This document shows positions 58,029 to 64,000 of a stretch of DNA of 64,000 nucleotides, one piece after another. The DNA is taken from NCBI RefSeq assembly GCF_009914755.1, contig NC_060947.1. One strand, written 5' to 3'. Made by a program: the position numbers and the translations under genes. The stretch is from the human T2T-CHM13v2.0 reference genome, Homo sapiens. A model generated the notes under the pieces. It was not told the origin of the DNA. It saw nothing but the letters and a program-made list of their open reading frames with translations, and searched no databases. Each line of letters begins with the position of its first letter. Position 1 is the stretch's first letter.

Positions 58029-59978
58029 TGAGAGGGAACAACCTGCGGGATTTCAGGTGCCTTTGTGTCACTGTCAAAGTACACTAACTGATGGCCATGA
58101 AGAAGAGGTTAATCTGCACTTTTAGTATGCAATTTAAAGTGTCAAGGTAGTATGTAATGTATTTCATTTTTTAAGGAAAAATTAAAAATAAAAATGGATA
58201 TCCAGGAAGTTCCTGACATACAGCACCTCATTTCCCTGTCCTGGGTGGACAAATGAAGTACTGGTAGGGCAATTTCTAATGAGGCAAGAGTTGACAAATA
58301 TGTAGGCATCAACTCAGTGTTTATATTATATAGCTTTTTTATTGGTCTCCCGTTTTTTCACAATACAAAATTTTATACAAAATTCAAAAATTTATACAAT
58401 CTGGAAATTCGACAACCTCTCCTGCCATACAAAAGGCAGTTTGGCACTCACATTTGCCCAGTCCAGGGAATAAAAGGCACACAGACATTTCCGAATTTCA
58501 CAACATTTGATTTATATTGATGCTTGGTATTACACCCACTTTTAACCAACAATATTGTCTTACTAATCCAAGTACCGCGTAGATCTTACAATGTGTATGT
58601 TTTCTACGGTTTTCATTTAGCACTACAATTGTCCTTCTGTTTAGTCAACCTTGTAATAGTAAAATATGTCACAGAAGCAACTGCTAAATTTAAAATTACT
58701 CTTCTCATTTAAGGCGAAAGGTGTTCATTTTCCTCAAAAGCTTTTCATTTGGTCGTATAGTATCATATAATGATTCAGACAAAGCCACTTGAGATCTCTA
58801 AAGCATAATTACCCACCTTTTTAAAATTGCGATATGACTACTCGTAAATAGGAAAAAATCCACACATAAACCATTAGTTATGCAATTTTATCATACATCA
58901 AAAATGCTTATGCCCCATCCTATTTTTATGTCAATTTTTCAACGTTTTATAGTTTTATTTGCATGTCTCAGGCCACACGAAATGTGCCTTATGGAGATAA
59001 TACATATTTTCTGGATTGGCTTTAATATGTGTCAGAGCAGTTCCCTTACGTTAGAAGCAGCTCATCTTGGCGACGCTGAGTTTTTTAAAAATTAAAGGAG
59101 AAAAAAAAAAAAAACCTGTGTGTGTCCAGGAGCCAGCAGCGCCCACTAGGAGAGGGAGGCGGAAGCCTGGAAAGCTTGGGGCCGGATTGAGGGACCATTG
59201 GGGTGGCCCTGGAGTGAAACCCTATACCGTCGGGGGCGGGGCAGAAGAGGGTGAGGGTGCAGATGTTGGAAATTTTCCTAAGCCAGCGTCCACGGTTCCT
59301 CAGTTTGGGGGGGCGGGGGGGTACGACGCAGAGAGCTCCTTTCCTCGGGGTGACACCCCCACCTCGGCAGGCGGGGTTCAAACGAACAAGGGATGGTTTT
59401 TTTCCTGCCATCCAAAAGACCGACATTGCCAATGAAAGAAAGAAATGTCTTCCCTGTCACCCTCCACCCAGCAACCACCAGCACCTTGAAATTCAAATTA
59501 CAAAAAAAGCCCCAGCAAAACCCCTTTAGCGCGAGTGTGGGATTGAAGGGCCCAGATTTCCCAGGCAGAGGCCGACGGGAAGGCGGGGGGAGAGGGAGCG
59601 AGCGAGAGGAGAGGGAGAGGCGGAGGCTTTTTCCTGCACAGCCCCATCCCCCACCCCGTTACCCGAGTTCCGGGAAGGTGGAGGGGGTCGGGGGCTGTCG
59701 AGGGGCTCCCGAGCCCCCAGGCCCCGGGAGAGCGGGCACCCCTCCACCCCGCGCCGCTCCCGCCCGCGCCCAGCCCCGCCCCCGTCCTCCAGGCGGCGAG
59801 AAGGAAAGGGGGAGGGGAGCGAACGCCAGGCGGTTCCGCCGCCGACCCCCGCACCCGCCGCCCCTAGCCCCGCAAAGCTCCGCGGGTACCTGTCGGCGCC
59901 GAAAGGTCAGGGTTTGGGCCCCTCAGAGGGGCCAGGCACAGGATTTGTCCACCACACACACACCCCCTTCCTATTTAC

Positions 59979-60152
59979 CTCCTTCTTCTTCTCGCCCTTC
60001 TCCGTGGCCGCGGTGGCTTCGGTGGCCGCGGCGGCCGCTCCCTCCTCCTGAGAGGTGGACGGCCCGGGCTGCTCGTCCTCTATGACCACGATAGTGGCGG
60101 TCGCATCCGCGGCTGCCACGGTGGCTGCCACTGCGGCAGTGTCCTGCTCCAT
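59979..60152 (-). CDS. SMARCA1: SMARCA1 exon 1 coding part (MEQDTAAV...GEKKKE)
   Basis: ATG at 60152-60150 (CACGGCATGG); donor GAG|GTAAAT; 174 nt. Confidence 0.96.
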
Positions 60153-60295
60153 GCCGTGGGAGCGGGAACGAGTAGGGGGACAAGGCAGGGGACGAGGGCT
60201 CCTGGGCGGCGGCAGTGGCTGCACTGGAAAGAGCTAGATGGAGCAGGGGTGGGGAATCACTCCGCTTCCAACCCCTTCGCTCAGGCCCCCCCTTC

Positions 60296-60346
60296 TTTAA
60301 ATAACCCTCAACCCTGCCCCACTTCCGTCCACCCACCCTACGTCAT
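60296..60346 (-). promoter_or_regulatory. Core promoter motifs: TATA-like TATTTAAA, ETS CGGAAGT, CRE-like ATGACGTA
   Basis: Minus-strand TATTTAAA 60303-60296, CGGAAGT 60327-60321, ATGACGTA 60346-60339; would imply a TSS near 60270 (inference). Confidence 0.55.
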
Positions 60347-61134
60347 GGCCTCCCCCCGTCACTCTCCCCCCTTCCTCCACCCCCCCCCCCTCAACGATCG
60401 CGAGACTCCCCTTCCCCACCCAGAGCCCGGGCCGGCCCCGCACGACCAACTGTTGCCTGAGTGTGGGGCGCGGACAGGGGTGGAGGCGGGAACCCACAAC
60501 TCGCGGCCCCCTGAAAATCTCCTTTCCCACACGCCCCCAACAGTGAGCCTGAGCTCCCCTCGCAGATGCGTGCAGAACGAATCCTCTTTCCCTTAAATCT
60601 GCTCTTTGTACCTCGGGGCGCTCTCCCCTTCTTGCACAAAGAACTTTTCCTCTGCTCCTAACTGTACTGTAGAAGGTCTTTTTCACCATTTGCAAAGCGC
60701 GGAACCCCTCTGGGACTGCCCTTTCCCGGATCCCTAAAGAGGTAGGATTAGCGGTGCTGTTTCCACCTTCCTAAATTCTGCACAAAGAGAAGCACTCCTT
60801 GAATCTCTTGATTGCAGCTGCAAACACATTCACTTACAAGGCAAAGTCTGACTCTCAAGTTTTACGTATATTTGCTCTATTTTCACCTCTGGTACCTCTC
60901 AGGTAGCCAATGTGCAGGAACACTTCTCTTACCTTCACCACTGCATTTTTAAATTCCTAGGGGACAAGGTTACCCACCGAACCTGGGGCAACATGTGGTA
61001 GGCACTCAATATTAGCAATTGAAATGAATTACTGTGATTTTTTGGCACAGGTTCTATTTGCACCTCCATTATTATTTGGTAATAATACAACACATAATAT
61101 GAATGATCATGGATATAAAATCATTTCGTGATAC

Positions 61135-61620
61135 AGAATCAATCAGTGTCCATCAGCAGGTGAATGGTTAAGGAAAATGTGGTCTGTATACACAATGGAA
61201 TACTATGTAGCCATAAAAAAGAATGAAATGTCATTTGCAGCAACATAAATGAAACTGATGTTTATTATGTTGCACAAAATAAGCCAGGCACAGAAAGACA
61301 AATAACACATGTTCTCACTCATATGTGGGAGCTAAAAAGTTGATCTCATGGAGGTAGAGAGTAGAATGATAGGTACCAGAAGTCTGGGAAGGGTGTGTGG
61401 GGTTGAGGCGGATCAATGAAGAGAGGTCAGTTAATGAGTACAAATATACAGTTAGATGGAAGGAATAAGTTATAATGTTCAAAGTAGAGTAGGGTGACTC
61501 TACTGAACAAACAATGCAATGTATATTTCGAAATAGCTAGAAGAGAGGACATGAAATGTTCCCAACACATAGAAATGATAAATACTTGAGGCAATGGACA
61601 CCCTAAATACCCTGTCTTGA
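61135..61620 (+). mobile_element. L1MA-type 3' end upstream of promoter
   Basis: ACACAATGGAATACTATGTAGCCATAAAAAAGAATGAAAT...GTTCTCACTCATATGTGGGAGCTAAAAA. Confidence 0.85.
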
Positions 61621-62339
61621 GAAGGACCCTTAAGGACAGCAACAGTGGAGGATTTATTTTTCACCATGTTGCAGCTATTGAAAGATAGAATTCCTCTTTC
61701 CTTGCATGGGGCTGCAAAGGAGAAAAGCTCAAGAAATATTTGTTGTGTATTGGTGTGTCCCTGCTTTCAAGTCAGTTTTGTTCCACTGTATTTCTCATTG
61801 TCAGTGTACATTATTTCAGTTACATCGTGGGTTAAATGCACTTTTGTGAGGAAATCTGGGAAACACATCCCTTTATAACACCTTTTTTTTGTGGGGACAT
61901 GTGTTCCATGTTCCAAAAAAAGAATTTAAAAATTTATTTGGGGGCAGAACATATTTGTACGTTGGCAATTTTCCATGCATGTATAATGCAATCCTTCCTT
62001 TTCAAGATGACGCGGCTGAAAGTGCTACCAAGTATATGAATTTGGCTGGAAAGGTCGATGCTTGGTCAACAGACCTTGCCACAGGATTCATGTAAATATT
62101 GCCCTTTGGCTTGTGGCAACAGCTGCTATTTACAGAGCATGTGCTATCCTTATTTGTAAATCTGCCTAAAATTCATGATCTGTAGACTTTGTTCAACAAG
62201 AGTCATCTCATTTCTGAGCCTACTCAACACCTTGCTCTATCTGCTACTACTTTCCCCAATTATGTCTTTTCATTTGAAATGGTCTTGGATTGCTCTATTC
62301 CATTGGGGTTGGAGAACAGAGCAAACTTTTATAAAGAAC

Positions 62340-62690
<351 letters not shown>

Positions 62691-63089
62691 TTATAGAGGT
62701 TATTCAACAATCATTCTCGAATAGCCAAACTTGTTTAGTAGCTACTAGAACATGTGTCCACTGGTGATATTAAATGTTTTACAAAATTCATAAAGGAAAA
62801 GCCAAAGGCTTCGTGTTCCTTCTCTTATTTTGCATCTGAAATTTGTCATTGAAACCACAGTATGACTTAAAACCACATTGTGATCCGACTGATTAATGTT
62901 CTTCAGAAACTGGCAGAAAAGATTCTGGACACACTGTCTTGCTTACAGCTACAGTAACCATTCTGTTCATATCAGTAAGCTTTCTCACTATTTTTTTAAA
63001 GACATTTATGATAGTGGCATTTTTGAAAATGTGATATTTCCTTGGTGATCTGTATTTTAAGGAAAAGGTCATGGTAATAACTAGTATAT

Positions 63090-63290
63090 GTCTACCATTT
63101 CTTGAGCACCCACTATTGTATTAGGCACTGTGCTAGATTCTTTACATATGATATTGCTAATCCTCCAAATAATTCTATGAAATAAATATTATTATCCCTA
63201 TTTTACAGATAAGAAAATGGAGATTTAGGCTAAACAACTCATCTAAGGTTCCACAGCTAGTAAGTGACATTCAAACCCCAGACTGTCTAG
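63090..63290 (-). mobile_element. MIR
   Basis: TTATCCCTATTTTACAGATAAGAAAATGGAG. Confidence 0.7.
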
Positions 63291-63422
63291 TCCAAACCTC
63301 GTTTTTCATCTTTATTAAGTTCACTGGTCTTCACAGGGCTTCCTCCTTGACAGTAGAAATTATACTGAGAAAATAACTGAAAAATATTTCTGCCATCTAT
63401 CTCCATGGTGTTCCCTCTAAAG

Positions 63423-63624
63423 CAGCCGTGTCCGACCCTTTGAATGCAAGAACTTTTTTGCCTATCTGTGGTGGTGGATATCATGAAAATTCGGCATGGA
63501 CCTTTTTTTTTTTTTTTTTTTTTTTTTGAGTATCAGCTATCATTGGCATTAGTATTTTATGTGTGGCCCAGGACAATTATTCTTCCAGTATGACCCAGGG
63601 AAGCCAAAAGGTTGGACACCCATG
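63423..63624 (-). mobile_element. MER30-family (hAT-Charlie) MITE
   Basis: 8-bp TSD CTCTAAAG at 63415-63422 and 63625-63632; CCAGGGAAGCCAAAAGGTTGGACACCC terminus. Confidence 0.88.
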
Positions 63625-63794
63625 CTCTAAAGTAAACTCTCAAAACAGTAATGGGACTCAGGACAGTTTGTGCAAAGAAGGGGAGAGCGTAACAGAAAGA
63701 ACTGAGATGTCCAAGAAGAAAGGATTGGCAAAACATTGTATAGTACATTAATAAATGGAATGTTATGCAAGCATTAAGAATGATTATGTGTTGA

Positions 63795-64000
63795 CTAGAC
63801 GCGGTGGCTCATGCCTGTAATCCCAGAACTTTGGGAGGCCGAGGCAGGTGAATCACAAGGTCAGAAGTTCGAGACCAGCCTGGCCAACATGATGAAACCC
63901 CATCTCTACTAAAAATACAAAAAATTACCTGTGCGTAGTGGCGGGCGCCTGTAATCCCAGCTACTAGGGAGGCTGAGGCAGGAGAATTGCTTGAATTCTG
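63795..64000 (+). mobile_element. Alu (runs off window end)
   Basis: Alu consensus. Confidence 0.93.

Larger units (their letters stand above)
59100..60720. promoter_or_regulatory. CpG island / SMARCA1 promoter
   Basis: Abrupt GC- and CpG-rich block around exon 1 in otherwise AT-rich, CpG-depleted DNA; many GC boxes. Confidence 0.92.

Noticed and set aside
59393-60085. 230-aa + strand ORF and other overlapping ORFs in the CpG island
   Set aside because: Pro/Arg/Gly-rich low-complexity products expected from stop-poor GC-rich DNA; no recognisable domain

Overview
Human/primate-type, repeat-rich genomic DNA holding most of SMARCA1 (SNF2L, ISWI-family chromatin-remodelling ATPase) on the minus strand. 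I reconstructed coding exons 1-23 by hand: ATG at 60152, last visible exon 2302-2514, all with GT-AG boundaries and consistent phase. The final exon(s) lie below position 1. A CpG-island promoter sits at about 59100-60720. Introns are packed with Alu, L1, L2, MIR, MaLR/ERVL LTRs and Tigger/hAT DNA-transposon fossils. I see no wholly new multi-gene system. The best leads are at the RNA level: (i) the 36-nt ATPase-interrupting cassette exon 13 is an exonised antisense L1 ORF2 fragment, and a sister pseudo-exon lies in intron 5; (ii) a SNORD112-like C/D snoRNA copy with intact boxes lies antisense, 128 nt upstream of exon 2; (iii) two AATAAA hexamers sit inside the exon-14 acceptor; (iv) a strong alternative donor in intron 4 would create an immediate stop; (v) exons 16+17 total 269 nt, matching the circSMARCA5 exon pair as I recall it. 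Repeat subfamily names and boundaries come from recalled consensus sequences and are approximate.
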